Position numbers and translations under genes: made by a program. The notes beneath the pieces are model-generated. The model did not search any database. It worked only from the letters and a program-made list of their open reading frames with translations, and had not been told where the DNA came from. 64,000 nt of DNA from Anaeromyxobacter sp. (GTDB lineage: Bacteria; Myxococcota; Myxococcia; Myxococcales; Anaeromyxobacteraceae): assembly GCA_031396105.1 (NCBI GenBank), contig JANNKC010000234.1, positions 2,423 through 66,422 on the forward strand. Reading direction: 5' to 3'. This document shows positions 42,842 to 53,980 of this stretch, piece by piece (the first letter of the stretch is position 1; every line of letters starts with the position of its first letter).

Positions 42842-43905
42842 GGCGGGTCCTGCAGATCCTGGCCGGCCTGGCGGTCTCGGCGGCCGCGCTCTGGCTCACG
42901 CTGCGCGGCAAGGACCTGGGGGCCATCTGGCAGGCCATGCGGGAGGCGGACTACCGCTACCTGGCGCCCTACCTCCTGGTGCTGGCAGGCATTCACCTCC
43001 TGCGCACGGTGCGCTGGGGCCTCCTGCTCCGGCCGGTGGCCAAGGTGCCCTTCGGCCGGCTCAACGCCGTCTCGGCGGTGGGCTTCATGGCGCTGGTGCT
43101 GCTCCCCTTCCGGCTCGGCGAGTTCGCCCGCCCGGTCCTGGTGGCCGACCGCCCCCGCCTGCGCGTCTCGGCGGCCCTCTCCTCGGTGGTGGTGGAGCGC
43201 GTGGCCGACGGCCTCTTCACCGGCCTGCTCCTCATCGTGACCCTGCTGGCCGTGCCGGAGGGGACGCCGGGCCTCCATCTCCTGCGGCTCGCCGGCGCGG
43301 GCGTGTCGCTCGCCTTCGCCGGACTCCTCGGCTTCCTGGTGCTGGCGGCCCGCAATCGGACACTGGCGGTGCGGATCACGGCGCGCCTCCTGGGACCCAT
43401 CTCGCCGCGCCTGGCGACGCGCGTCTCGGGGATGATGGACGCCTTCATCCACGGCCTCCGCCTCGTGCCCAGCCGGGCCAAGGTGGCGCTCTTCTTCGCC
43501 CTCACCGCCGGCTACTGGGGGCTCAATGGCTGGGGCATGCAGCTCCTGGCCCGCGCCTTCCAGATCGAGCTGGCGCTGGTGGACGCCTTCACCGTGCTCG
43601 GCGTGCTGGTGGTGGGCGTCATGATCCCCGCCGGCCCCGGCATGGTGGGCACCTTCCAGGGTGCCGTGGTGCTCGGCCTCTCGCTCTTCGTGAGCCAGGA
43701 GACGGCGGCGGCCCGCGGCCCCGCCTACGCCCACGTGCTCTGGGCCGCGCAGATCGGCTTCCAGACGGCGCTCGGCCTGGCCTTCCTCTTCTCGCCGCAC
43801 GTGAAGGTGGCCAGGCTCTTCGCCGGCCCCAAGGATGCCGGCGAGGCGCTGGAGGCGGAGGAAGCCGAGTACCGGGCCGAGGGCGACGGCTCGCCGCTGC
43901 CTTGA
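42838..43905 (+). CDS. UPF0104 / lysyl-PG-synthase-TM-region-like (flippase-like) integral membrane protein
   Basis: 355 aa. The GTG overlaps the upstream stop (GTGA). About 8 TM helices. N-terminus RRVLQILAGLAVSAAALWLTLRGKDL is typical of the family. Confidence 0.8.
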   Translation: MRRVLQILAGLAVSAAALWLTLRGKDLGAIWQAMREADYRYLAPYLLVLAGIHLLRTVRWGLLLRPVAKVPFGRLNAVSAVGFMALVLLPFRLGEFARPVLVADRPRLRVSAALSSVVVERVADGLFTGLLLIVTLLAVPEGTPGLHLLRLAGAGVSLAFAGLLGFLVLAARNRTLAVRITARLLGPISPRLATRVSGMMDAFIHGLRLVPSRAKVALFFALTAGYWGLNGWGMQLLARAFQIELALVDAFTVLGVLVVGVMIPAGPGMVGTFQGAVVLGLSLFVSQETAAARGPAYAHVLWAAQIGFQTALGLAFLFSPHVKVARLFAGPKDAGEALEAEEAEYRAEGDGSPLP

Positions 43906-43969
43906 CGGATCCCGTCAGGGGCCCTATAAACCCGCGCCTTGCGGCCGAGCGGGCCGCGGAATCGCCTCA

Positions 43970-44046
43970 GGTGAGGTAGCTCAGTCGGCTAGAGCGGGGG
44001 TCTCATAATCCCCAGGTCGGGAGTTCGATTCTCCCCCTCACCACCA
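43970..44046 (+). tRNA. tRNA with CAU anticodon (elongator Met; an Ile2/lysidine identity cannot be excluded)
   Basis: 77 nt: GGTGAGGTAGCTCAGTCGGCTAGAGCGGGGGTCTCATAATCCCCAGGTCGGGAGTTCGATTCTCCCCCTCACCACCA. It folds as a cloverleaf with a paired 1-72 position (so not an initiator), and the CCA is encoded. Confidence 0.93.
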
Positions 44047-44167
44047 TCACCCCCTCTCGCCTGGAGCCGGGCGGCTGCCCGCTGGCGATCGCCGGTGGGC
44101 GGTGCCGCCTCCGGGCCTCCCCCGCCGGCGCCTTTCGCTTTGGCCCGGCGTCCGCTAGGGAAGGGGG

Positions 44168-45850
<1,683 letters not shown>

Positions 45851-45900
45851 GGTCCCCGGGCCGCGGCCGGCCGCGGCGCCCGTGCTACCGTCCCCGGCGC

Positions 45901-46728
45901 GTGCCCGCCCACTGGTCCGACGGCTACTACGGCGAGCTCTACCTCGCGTCGGTCGAGGCGCTGCTCACGCCGCGCCTCTCGGCGCTGGAGGCCGACCTCA
46001 TCGCGCGACTCCTCCGGCTCGGGCCGGACGACCGGGTGCTCGACCTCGCCTGCGGCCACGGTCGCCACGCCTGGCCGCTGGCCGGGAGGGTGGGGTGGCT
46101 CCTCGGCCTGGAGCGCGAGGCGGCGCCGCTCCGCCGGGCGGGGTCGGGGCCTCTCGACGCCGCCTGCCCCGGGCGTCGCCGCGCGGCGGCGCCGTCGATG
46201 GGCTCGGGGCGTCCGGAGGGGCGGTCGAGGCCGGTCCGCCCGCCCGCCTTCCTGCGCGGCGACCTTCGTGCCCTGCCGCTCCGGCCGGGCTGCTTCGACG
46301 CCATCTACAGCTGGTACGCCTCGCTCTTCATGTACGACGACGCGGCCAACGCGGCGGTGCTCGGCGCCGCGGCGCGGCTGCTGCGGCCGGGCGGCCGGCT
46401 CCTGGTCCACCACGCCAACCCGCTGGCCCTGGCGGCCGCGCCGCATGCGGAGGCGCGCCACGCCCTGGCCGGGGGCGGGGTGGTGGAGGAGGTCTCCGAC
46501 TTCGACCCGGCCAGCGGGGTGGACCGGTGTGCTCGACGTCTGCGCCTCCCGGACGGTCGTGCGCTGGCCGCCACCGCCGAGTTGCGGTACTACTCCCCGA
46601 CCGAGTGGGAGTCCCTCGCCGCACGCGCCGGGCTCCACCTCACCGCGCTGACGAGCAGCACGCCGCCCCCGGGCGGCGGCGTGGGAACCGACGCACCGGA
46701 CCTCATCGCCCTGCTGGAGACGCCATGA
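45901..46728 (+). CDS. Class I SAM-dependent methyltransferase-like protein
   Basis: 275 aa from the GTG at 45901. Motif I is [11 protein letters not shown]; also [12 protein letters not shown] and [10 protein letters not shown]. Has an Arg/Pro-rich insertion after motif I. Confidence 0.7.
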   Translation: MPAHWSDGYYGELYLASVEALLTPRLSALEADLIARLLRLGPDDRVLDLACGHGRHAWPLAGRVGWLLGLEREAAPLRRAGSGPLDAACPGRRRAAAPSMGSGRPEGRSRPVRPPAFLRGDLRALPLRPGCFDAIYSWYASLFMYDDAANAAVLGAAARLLRPGGRLLVHHANPLALAAAPHAEARHALAGGGVVEEVSDFDPASGVDRCARRLRLPDGRALAATAELRYYSPTEWESLAARAGLHLTALTSSTPPPGGGVGTDAPDLIALLETP

Positions 46729-47144
46729 GCACCGCCACTCGCAAGCTCCGCATCCTCGTCGCCAAGCCCGGCCTGGACGGCCACGACCGCGGCGCCAAGA
46801 TCATCGCGCGCGCCCTGCGGGACGCCGGCATGGAGGTCATCTACACCGGCCTGCACCAGACGCCCGAGATGATCGTGGCGGCGGCGGTGCAGGAGGACGT
46901 GGACGCGGTGGGGCTCTCCATCCTCTCCGGCGCCCACATGACCATCTTCCCGGCGGTCATCGAGCTGCTGAGGGCGCAGCAGGCCGGGGACATCCTGGTC
47001 TTCGGCGGCGGCATCATCCCCCAGGACGACGTGCCCACGCTCCAGCAGAAGGGCGTGGCGGCGGTCTTCCTGCCCGGCTCCTCGACCCAGACCATCATCG
47101 AGTGGATCAGGGCGAACGTGCCGCCCCGCGCCGCCGCGGCCTAG
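46725..47144 (+). CDS. Acyl-CoA mutase small subunit (B12-binding domain)
   Basis: 139 aa. The ATG overlaps the upstream stop (ATGA). DxHxxG motif in GLDGHDRGA; also SILSGAH. Confidence 0.9.
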   Translation: MSTATRKLRILVAKPGLDGHDRGAKIIARALRDAGMEVIYTGLHQTPEMIVAAAVQEDVDAVGLSILSGAHMTIFPAVIELLRAQQAGDILVFGGGIIPQDDVPTLQQKGVAAVFLPGSSTQTIIEWIRANVPPRAAAA

Positions 47145-47168
47145 CGGCCGCTGCGTCCAGTGCCCGGC

Positions 47169-48173
47169 CTACCCGCCCGTCCCGATCATCGGCGGCAGCG
47201 CCCCGCCACCGCTCATCTGGTGGCGGTCGCGCTTCAGGGCCAGCGCCTCCACGATGCGGGCGGCGATGGCGCCGTCGTCCGGCTCCTGGCGCAGCAACGC
47301 CTTCAGCGCCACCTGGTCGCGCCCGCCCAGGCAGGCCCGCAGCGAGCCGTCGGCCGCGACGCGCACCCGGTTGCAGCCCTCGCAGAAGTTCTCGGTCATG
47401 GCGCCGATGAAGCCCACCAGGCCGGAGACCGGGCCCCCCTGGTCCTCGGCCTGGCCGCGCATGTGATAGGCGGGGCCCCAGCCGCGGGTGGCGTCGGGCT
47501 CCAGGCGGACGCCCTGGGCGGCCAGCAGGGCCTTCACCTCGGCGATGGGCACCGGCTCCCCCTCGCCGAAGGGCATCAGCTCGATGAAGCGCACCGTGGC
47601 GCCGGCGCGCCAGCCGAAGCGGGCCAGGTCGCCCAGCTCCCCCTCGTTGACGCCGCGCACCACCACCACGTTGAGCTTCACCGAGGCGAAGCCGGCCTGG
47701 CGCGCCGCCGCGATGCCGCGCACGATGCGGGTGAGCGAGGCGGCCCGGCCGGCGATGCGGGCCAGCTTCCGAGGGTCGAGCGTGTCGAGCGAGACGTTGA
47801 CCCGGGTGACCCCGGCGGCCCGCAGCGGCGCGGCCAGCTCGGCCAGGGCCTGGCCGTTGGTGGTGAGGGCGATCTCCTCGATGCCCGGGGTGGCCCCCAC
47901 CGCGCCCACGATCTCCACCAGGTCGCTCCGCAGGGTGGGCTCACCGCCGGTGAGCCGCACCCGCCGCACGCCCAGCCGGGCGAAGATGGAGACCAGCCGC
48001 GCCACCTCGTCGAGCGAGAGCGGATCCTCGTGGTGCTCCAGGCCCAGCGGGGCGCAGTAGCTGCAGCGGAAGTTGCAGCGGTCGGTCAGCGAGAGCCGCA
48101 GGTAGGTGATGGCGCGCCCCTGGGCGTCGGCCAGGGGGCGGTCGGCGAGCGGCGTGGGAGGCCGCGCCGCCAT
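47169..48173 (-). CDS. moaA: GTP 3',8-cyclase (molybdenum cofactor biosynthesis protein A)
   Basis: 334 aa. Radical-SAM motif CNFRCSYC and C-terminal cluster CEGCNRVRVAADG. Confidence 0.95.
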   Translation of the reverse strand: MAARPPTPLADRPLADAQGRAITYLRLSLTDRCNFRCSYCAPLGLEHHEDPLSLDEVARLVSIFARLGVRRVRLTGGEPTLRSDLVEIVGAVGATPGIEEIALTTNGQALAELAAPLRAAGVTRVNVSLDTLDPRKLARIAGRAASLTRIVRGIAAARQAGFASVKLNVVVVRGVNEGELGDLARFGWRAGATVRFIELMPFGEGEPVPIAEVKALLAAQGVRLEPDATRGWGPAYHMRGQAEDQGGPVSGLVGFIGAMTENFCEGCNRVRVAADGSLRACLGGRDQVALKALLRQEPDDGAIAARIVEALALKRDRHQMSGGGALPPMIGTGG

Positions 48174-49258
48174 CAGATGGGCTGCTCGGTGGTGGGCCGG
48201 GCCAGGTCACCCAGCTCCGCCGTGGAGATGGACAGGAAGGCCTCGGCGCACTGGCGATCGAACTGGGTGCCGGCGCAGCGGGTCACCTCGGCGCGCGCCG
48301 CCTCGATGGTGGTCCTCTTCCGGTAGGGCCGATCGCTCGTCATGGCGTCGAAGGTGTCGGCGAGGGCGAAGATGCGCGCGCCCAGCGGGATGGCCTCGCC
48401 GGCCAGGCTTCGCGGGTAGCCTCGGCCGTCGTAGCGCTCCTGGTGCGAGAGCACGATCTCGGCCGGCACGCCCAGGAACGGGATGGCCTTGAGGATCTCG
48501 AAGCCGATCTGGGGGTGGCGCCGCATCTCCACCCACTCCTCGTCGGTGAGCTTGCCAGGCTTGAGCAGGATGGCGTCGGGGATGCCGATCTTGCCGATGT
48601 CGTGGAGCAGCGCGCCGCGGCCCATGTCGGGCAGGTCCTGCTCGGGCACGCCGAGCCGCTTCGCGATGGCCAGCGTGTAGCGCACCACCCGCTGCGAGTG
48701 GTTGGAGACCTCGTGCTCGCGGGCGTCGAGGGCGGCCACCAGCGCCCAGAGCGTGGTGCCGTAGGTGGCCTCCAGGTCGCGGAGCGCCTGCTGCAGCTCG
48801 GCGGTCCGATCCCGCACCCGCTTCTCCAGGCTGCGCCGGTAGCGCTGCCGCGCCAGCTCGAGCCGCCGCTTGGCCAGCGCCCGCTCGATGGCGCGGATCA
48901 GGTCGGTCACCTTGGGCGGCTTGAGGAGGTAGTCGGAGGCTCCCTTTCGCAGGCACTCCACCGCCGCCTCGGTGTCGCCGAAGGCGGTGAGCATGATGAC
49001 CGCCGTGTCCGGCCGCGCCTCGCGGAGCTGCTCGAGGAGCCAGTCGCCCCCCTTGCCCGGCATCTTCATGTCGCTGATGACGAGCGGGAAGTCCTCCAGC
49101 CGGGCGGCCGCCAGGCCGGCCTCCGCGCCGCCCACCATGGTGGGCAGGTAGCCCTCCTCCTTGAGCAGGACGCCGATGACGTCACGCACCGCCTCGTCAT
49201 CGTCCACCACCAGGATGTGGGTGGCCTCGTGTCTCGGGTCGGCGGCGGTCTCTGGCAT
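48173..49258 (-). CDS. Response regulator with HD-GYP domain (c-di-GMP phosphodiesterase-type)
   Basis: The ATG at 49258 gives 361 aa. REC domain (ILVVDDD...VISDMKMP), plus HDIGKIGIP and YDGRGYP. The stop overlaps the moaA ATG by 1 nt (TGATG). Confidence 0.9.
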   Translation of the reverse strand: MPETAADPRHEATHILVVDDDEAVRDVIGVLLKEEGYLPTMVGGAEAGLAAARLEDFPLVISDMKMPGKGGDWLLEQLREARPDTAVIMLTAFGDTEAAVECLRKGASDYLLKPPKVTDLIRAIERALAKRRLELARQRYRRSLEKRVRDRTAELQQALRDLEATYGTTLWALVAALDAREHEVSNHSQRVVRYTLAIAKRLGVPEQDLPDMGRGALLHDIGKIGIPDAILLKPGKLTDEEWVEMRRHPQIGFEILKAIPFLGVPAEIVLSHQERYDGRGYPRSLAGEAIPLGARIFALADTFDAMTSDRPYRKRTTIEAARAEVTRCAGTQFDRQCAEAFLSISTAELGDLARPTTEQPI

Positions 49259-49333
49259 GCTGCGGCGGCTCCCCTCCGGCGCCCCGCCCGGGGTGCCACG
49301 TGGGCGCGGAGTATACCACCCGTCATCCGCGCC

Positions 49334-49362
49334 TTGACCCGGGAGTCGGGCGCCGCTAAGTG
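49334..49362 (+). promoter_or_regulatory. Putative promoter of the lipA-bkd operon
   Basis: TTGACC-N17-TAAGTG, then 11 nt to the lipA ATG at 49374. No Shine-Dalgarno sequence. Confidence 0.4.
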
Positions 49363-49373
49363 GCGGCTGACAC

Positions 49374-50357
49374 ATGAGCGCGATCGGCCTGCCCAGCCTC
49401 CCCATCCTGGACGAGGAGCGCCTCCCCACCTCCCGCCGGGAGCTGGCGGCGGCGCTCCGCGAGGGCGGGGTCCCGCTGGCGGCCGGCAAGCCGCGCTGGC
49501 TGCGCGTGCCGGTGGCCGGCGGGGAGCGCTACCAGCGGGTCAAGGAGACGCTGTCGCGGCTCGAGCTCCACACCGTGTGCGCCGAGGCCCACTGCCCGAA
49601 CGTGGGGGAGTGCTGGAGCGGCGGCACGGCCACGGTGATGCTGATGGGCGACCTGTGCACCCGCGGCTGCCGCTTCTGCCACGTCAAGACGGCGGCCCAC
49701 CCGCCGCCGCTGGATCCCGACGAGCCGCGCCACCTCGCCGAGGCCGTCGCCGAGCTGGGGCTCGACTACATCGTGGTGACCAGCGTGGACCGCGACGACC
49801 TGCCCGACGGTGGCGCCGGCCATTTCGCCGACGCCATCCGCCGCCTCAAGGCCCTGGACGGCCTGCTGGTGGAGGTGCTCACGCCCGACTTCCGCGGCGA
49901 CGCCGAGGCGGTCCGCACGGTGGGGCGTGCCGCCCCCGACGTCTTCGCCAACAACCTGGAGACGGTGCGCCGCCTCACGCCGGTGGTGCGCGACGCCCGC
50001 GCCGGCTACCAGCAGACGCTGGACGTGCTGGCCCGCATGAAGCGCGAGTTCCCGCGGGTGGTCACCAAGTCCTCCCTCATGCTCGGCCTCGGCGAGACGG
50101 CCGCCGAGGTGGAGGAGGCCATGGGCGACCTGCGCGCCCACGGCGTGGAGATCCTGACCTTCGGCCAGTACCTGCGCCCCAGCCAGTGGCACCTGCCGGT
50201 GGCGGAGTGGGTGACGCCCGAGGCCTTCGACGGCTGGCGCAGGCGCGGCCTCGAGCTCGGCTTCCGCTACGTGGCGAGCGGGCCGCTGGTCCGCTCCTCC
50301 TACCGGGCCGCCGAGCTCTTCCTGCGCGGCGAGCTCGGCGCCCGCGCCGCGCCCTGA
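49374..50357 (+). CDS. lipA: Lipoyl synthase
   Basis: 327 aa. Motifs: CPNVGECW and [10 protein letters not shown]. Confidence 0.95.
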   Translation: MSAIGLPSLPILDEERLPTSRRELAAALREGGVPLAAGKPRWLRVPVAGGERYQRVKETLSRLELHTVCAEAHCPNVGECWSGGTATVMLMGDLCTRGCRFCHVKTAAHPPPLDPDEPRHLAEAVAELGLDYIVVTSVDRDDLPDGGAGHFADAIRRLKALDGLLVEVLTPDFRGDAEAVRTVGRAAPDVFANNLETVRRLTPVVRDARAGYQQTLDVLARMKREFPRVVTKSSLMLGLGETAAEVEEAMGDLRAHGVEILTFGQYLRPSQWHLPVAEWVTPEAFDGWRRRGLELGFRYVASGPLVRSSYRAAELFLRGELGARAAP

Positions 50358-50365
50358 GGCCCACC

Positions 50366-51580
50366 ATGCGCCGCGCCCAGCCCACCGAGCCGACCGCCCG
50401 GCGCCGCCTCCAGGCCGAGGCGGGCCCGGCCGCGGCCCCCGCGCCGCCGCCCGGGGCCCCGCTCGAGGCGTTCCCGCTCTACGCCGTGGTGGACGAGGAG
50501 GGGCGGCTCGCCGACGGGGGCGAGCTCACCATGCCGGATGCCCAGCTCCTGGCGCTCTACCGCTGGATGGTGCTGGAGCGGCAGCTCGACGAGCGGATGA
50601 TCACGCTGCAGCGCCAGGGGCGCATCGGCTTCTACGTCGGCTCCATCGGCGAGGAGGCCACCGTCTTCGGCACGGCGGCCGCCATGGCGCCGCAGGACTG
50701 GATCTTCCCCTCCTACCGCGAGCACGGGGCCGCCTTCCTGCGCGGGCTGCCGCTGCCGGTCTTCATGTGCGGCCTGCTGGGCAACGCCGGCGACGCGGTG
50801 AAGGGGCGGCAGATGCCCTGCCACGAGAGCTGGGCGCCGGGCCACTTCGTCTCCATCAGCTCGCCCGTCGCCACCCAGCTGCCGCAGGCCACCGGGGTGG
50901 CCTGGGCGGCGCGCATCCGCGGCGACGACGTGGTGCCGCTGGTCTACTTCGGCGACGGGTCGACCAGCGCCAACGACTTCCACACCGGCCTCAACTTCGC
51001 GGCGGTGCAGCGGCTCGGGGTGGTCTTCGCCTGCCGCAACAACGGCTGGGCCATCAGCGTGCCGCGGGAGCACCAGACGGCCTCCGAGACCATCGCCCAG
51101 AAGGCCATCGCCTACGGCATGCGCGGCGAGCGGGTCGACGGCAACGACCTCCTGGCCGTCTTCAACGCCACCCGGCGGGCCCGGGCTCGCGCCGCCGCCG
51201 GCCAGGGGCCCACGCTCCTGGAGTTCGTCACCTACCGGCTGGAGGGCCACTCCACCTCCGACGACCCGCGCGCCTACCGGGCGGCCGAGGTGGTGGAGCC
51301 CTGGAAGAAGAAGGACCCCATCCTGCGCATCCAGCGGCTCCTGGCCCGCCGCGGCCTGCTCGACGAGGCCGGCGACGCGGTCCTGCGCGACGGGGTGCGC
51401 GCCGAGCTGCTGGCGGCGCTGCGGCAGGCCGAGACCGAGGATCCCCGGCCGCCGGTGGAGAGCCTCTTCGAGGACGTCTACGCCGAGCCCATGCGGCAGC
51501 AGCGGGAGCAGCTGGCCGAGCTCCGCGAGGCCATGGCCGCCGACCCGCGCGTGTCCAACCCGCGCCACGGCGACGCCTGA
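50366..51580 (+). CDS. bkdA1: Branched-chain 2-oxoacid dehydrogenase E1 alpha subunit
   Basis: 404 aa from the ATG at 50366. Contains GRIGFYVGSIGEEA, KGRQMPCH, YFGDGSTSANDFH, CRNNGWAISVP and YRLEGHSTSDD, collinear with BCKDH E1 alpha. Confidence 0.92.
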   Translation: MRRAQPTEPTARRRLQAEAGPAAAPAPPPGAPLEAFPLYAVVDEEGRLADGGELTMPDAQLLALYRWMVLERQLDERMITLQRQGRIGFYVGSIGEEATVFGTAAAMAPQDWIFPSYREHGAAFLRGLPLPVFMCGLLGNAGDAVKGRQMPCHESWAPGHFVSISSPVATQLPQATGVAWAARIRGDDVVPLVYFGDGSTSANDFHTGLNFAAVQRLGVVFACRNNGWAISVPREHQTASETIAQKAIAYGMRGERVDGNDLLAVFNATRRARARAAAGQGPTLLEFVTYRLEGHSTSDDPRAYRAAEVVEPWKKKDPILRIQRLLARRGLLDEAGDAVLRDGVRAELLAALRQAETEDPRPPVESLFEDVYAEPMRQQREQLAELREAMAADPRVSNPRHGDA

Positions 51581-51589
51581 GGGGCGCGC

Positions 51590-52564
51590 ATGCCGGTCAT
51601 GAACATCATCCAGGCGGTCAACGACGCCCTCCGGCTGGAGATGCGCCGCGACCCCAGCGTGGTGGTGCTGGGCGAGGACGTGGGCGCCTTCGGCGGCGTC
51701 TTCAGGGCCACCGCCGGCCTGCAGCAGGAGTTCGGCGATGGCCGCGTCATCGACACGCCGCTGGCCGAGGGGGGCATCATCGGCGTCGCGGTGGGCATGG
51801 CCCTCTACGGCCTCAAGCCCGTGCCGGAGATCCAGTTCGCCGACTTCATCTACCCGGCCTTCGATCAGATCGTGAACGAGGTGGCCAAGTACCGCTACCG
51901 GTCGGGCGGCCAGTATCCCTGCCCGCTCACCATCCGCACCCCCTACGGCGGCGGCATCAAGGGCGGCCACTACCACTCGCAGTCGCCGGAGGCGCTCTTC
52001 ATCCACACGCCCGGCCTGAAGGTGGTCTGCCCGGCCACGCCGCGCGACGCCAAGGGGCTCCTGACCGCGGCCATCCGCGATCCGGACCCGGTGCTCTTCC
52101 TCGAGCCCAAGCGGGTCTACCGCGCCGCCAAGGGCGAGGTCCCGGAGGGCGACTTCTGCCTGCCCCTCGGCGTGGCGGCGGTGACTCGGACGGGCAGCCA
52201 GGTCACCCTCATCGCCTGGGGCGCCATGTGGCACGAGGCCGACCGGGCGGCGCGCGAGGCGGAGGCCGAGGGGATCGACGTGGAGGTGCTCGACCTGCGC
52301 TCGCTCCAGCCGTTCGACCTCGACGCCATCCTGGCCTCGGTGGGGAAGACCGGGCGCGCCGTGGTGGTCCACGAGGCGCCGCTCACCTGCGGCTTCGGCG
52401 CGGAGCTGGTGGCGCTCATCCAGGAGCGCTGCTTCCTCTCGCTGGAGGCGCCGGTGCTGCGAGTCACCGGCTTCGACACGCCCTTCCCCTACGCCCTCGA
52501 GAACGAGTACCTCCCGCGCGCGCCCCGCATCCTGAGGGCGCTGCGCCAGACGGTGAACTTCTAG
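51590..52564 (+). CDS. bkdA2: Branched-chain 2-oxoacid dehydrogenase E1 beta subunit
   Basis: 324 aa. Contains VVVLGEDVGAFGGVFRAT, DTPLAEGGIIG and YPAFDQIVNE. Confidence 0.94.
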   Translation: MPVMNIIQAVNDALRLEMRRDPSVVVLGEDVGAFGGVFRATAGLQQEFGDGRVIDTPLAEGGIIGVAVGMALYGLKPVPEIQFADFIYPAFDQIVNEVAKYRYRSGGQYPCPLTIRTPYGGGIKGGHYHSQSPEALFIHTPGLKVVCPATPRDAKGLLTAAIRDPDPVLFLEPKRVYRAAKGEVPEGDFCLPLGVAAVTRTGSQVTLIAWGAMWHEADRAAREAEAEGIDVEVLDLRSLQPFDLDAILASVGKTGRAVVVHEAPLTCGFGAELVALIQERCFLSLEAPVLRVTGFDTPFPYALENEYLPRAPRILRALRQTVNF

Positions 52565-52582
52565 CCGGGACCCGAGCCACGC

Positions 52583-53905
52583 ATGACCTACCTGCTGGAG
52601 CTGCCGGACATCGGAGAGGGCGTCGTCGAGGCCGAGATCCAGAAGTGGTTCGTGGTCGAAGGCGAGCTGGTGGCGGAGGACCAGCCGCTCGTCGAGGTGA
52701 TGACCGACAAGGCCACCGTGGTCATCCCGTCGCCGAAGCGCGGGCGGGTGACGCGGAAGTTCTGGAAGGAGGGGGAGATCGCCAAGGTCCACGCGCCGCT
52801 GGTGGAGCTGGAGCTCGAGGAGCTTCCGGACGCCGCGACCCCGATCTCGACCCCGACCGCGGCTCCGACCGCGGCTCCGACCGCGGCCCCGACCGCGGCC
52901 CCGACCGCGGCCCCGACCGCTGCCACGACCGCTGCCACGACCGCGACATCCTCGGCCGGCGCCAGCAGCGTGGCCGCGCATCCCGAGCGTAGGGCCGGCT
53001 CTGCCGGCCCGGAGTCGAGGGAGACCGCGACCCGCAAGGCGCTCGCCGCGCCGGCGGTCCGTGCCCTGGCCCGAGAGCTCGGGGTGGACGTCAACGGGGT
53101 GGCGGGCAGTGGCCCTGGTGGCCGGGTCACCAAGGCGGACCTCGCGGCGGGGAAGGCGGGCCCCTGGCGCGCCGCGGCAGCGCCCGGACCGACCGCCAGC
53201 GGCCCCGACGAGCGCATCCCGTTCCGCGGCCTCAGGCGCAAGATCGCCGAGAAGGTGGCCCTGTCCAAGCGGACGGCCGCCCACTTCACCTTCGTGGAGC
53301 AGTGCGACGCCACGGAGCTCAAGCGGGTCAAGGAGGGCATGGCCGCCGCGGCGCAGGCCGAGGGCGTGAAGCTCACCTTCCTGCCCTTCGTGGTGAAGGC
53401 GGTGGTGGCGGCGCTGAAGCGCCACCCCATGCTCAACGCCGCGCTCGACGAGACGGCCGGCGAGATCGTGCTCAAGAGGCGCCACGACATCGGCATCGCC
53501 TCGGCCACCGAGGGCGGCCTGCTGGTGCCGGTGGTGCGCGGCGCCGATGGCCGATCGCTCCTCGACCTGGCCCGGGAGATCGAGCGGCTCTCCGCCGACG
53601 CCAGGGCCGGCCGCGCCCGGCCCGAGGACCAGGGGGGCTCGACCTTCACCATCACCAGCCTGGGGGCGCTGGGCGGCCTCTTCGCCACGCCGGTGCTCAA
53701 CCACCCGGAGGTCGGCATCCTCGGCGTCCACCGCATCCGCCCCACGCCGGTGGTCCGCGATGGCCAGGTGGTGGTGCGCGACGTGATGCACCTCTCGGTC
53801 ACCAGCGACCACCGGGTGGTGGACGGCCACGAGGCGGCCGCCTTCTGCTACGAGGTGATCCGGTACCTCGAAGATCCAAACCTGCTCTTCATGCGCATGG
53901 TGTGA
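52583..53905 (+). CDS. bkdB: Dihydrolipoamide acyltransferase E2 (lipoyl domain - repetitive linker - E3-binding domain - catalytic domain)
   Basis: 440 aa. Lipoyl-lysine motif VMTDKATV, E3-binding domain APAVRALARELGVDV, catalytic motif DHRVVDG. Confidence 0.94.
   Translation: MTYLLELPDIGEGVVEAEIQKWFVVEGELVAEDQPLVEVMTDKATVVIPSPKRGRVTRKFWKEGEIAKVHAPLVELELEELPDAATPISTPTAAPTAAPTAAPTAAPTAAPTAATTAATTATSSAGASSVAAHPERRAGSAGPESRETATRKALAAPAVRALARELGVDVNGVAGSGPGGRVTKADLAAGKAGPWRAAAAPGPTASGPDERIPFRGLRRKIAEKVALSKRTAAHFTFVEQCDATELKRVKEGMAAAAQAEGVKLTFLPFVVKAVVAALKRHPMLNAALDETAGEIVLKRRHDIGIASATEGGLLVPVVRGADGRSLLDLAREIERLSADARAGRARPEDQGGSTFTITSLGALGGLFATPVLNHPEVGILGVHRIRPTPVVRDGQVVVRDVMHLSVTSDHRVVDGHEAAAFCYEVIRYLEDPNLLFMRMV
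52853..52948 (+). repeat. 8 tandem 12-bp units encoding (PTAA)6(TTAA)(TTAT) in the E2 linker
   Basis: Read directly: CCGACCGCGGC(T/C) units in frame from 52853. Confidence 0.9.
52970..53026 (+). repeat. E2 copy of the in-frame VAAHPERRA..GPESRE cassette
   Basis: GTGGCCGCGCATCCCGAGCGTAGGGCC-GGCTCTGCCG-GCCCGGAGTCGAGGGAGACC. Its 27-mer and 17-mer are identical to the minus-strand copy at 23311-23361. Confidence 0.9.
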
Positions 53906-53920
53906 GGCCCGGTGGCCGCC

Positions 53921-53953
53921 GGGCGTGGACCGCCTGCCGGCTGCAGCCGGGTA
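53921..53953. repeat. 33-bp perfect direct repeat, copy 1 (intergenic, between bkdB stop and HNH gene stop)
   Basis: GGGCGTGGACCGCCTGCCGGCTGCAGCCGGGTA, identical to 54214-54246. Confidence 0.92.
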
Positions 53954-53980
53954 ACCCCGTGGTCCACGGCTCATCGGGAT

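Noticed and set aside
44047-44167. Cobalamin riboswitch upstream of the B12-dependent mutase.
   Set aside because: No B12-box-like sequence (GCCACTG-type) or the usual multi-helix conserved core is visible in the 121-nt spacer. Mutases are B12 users and are not typically riboswitch-regulated.
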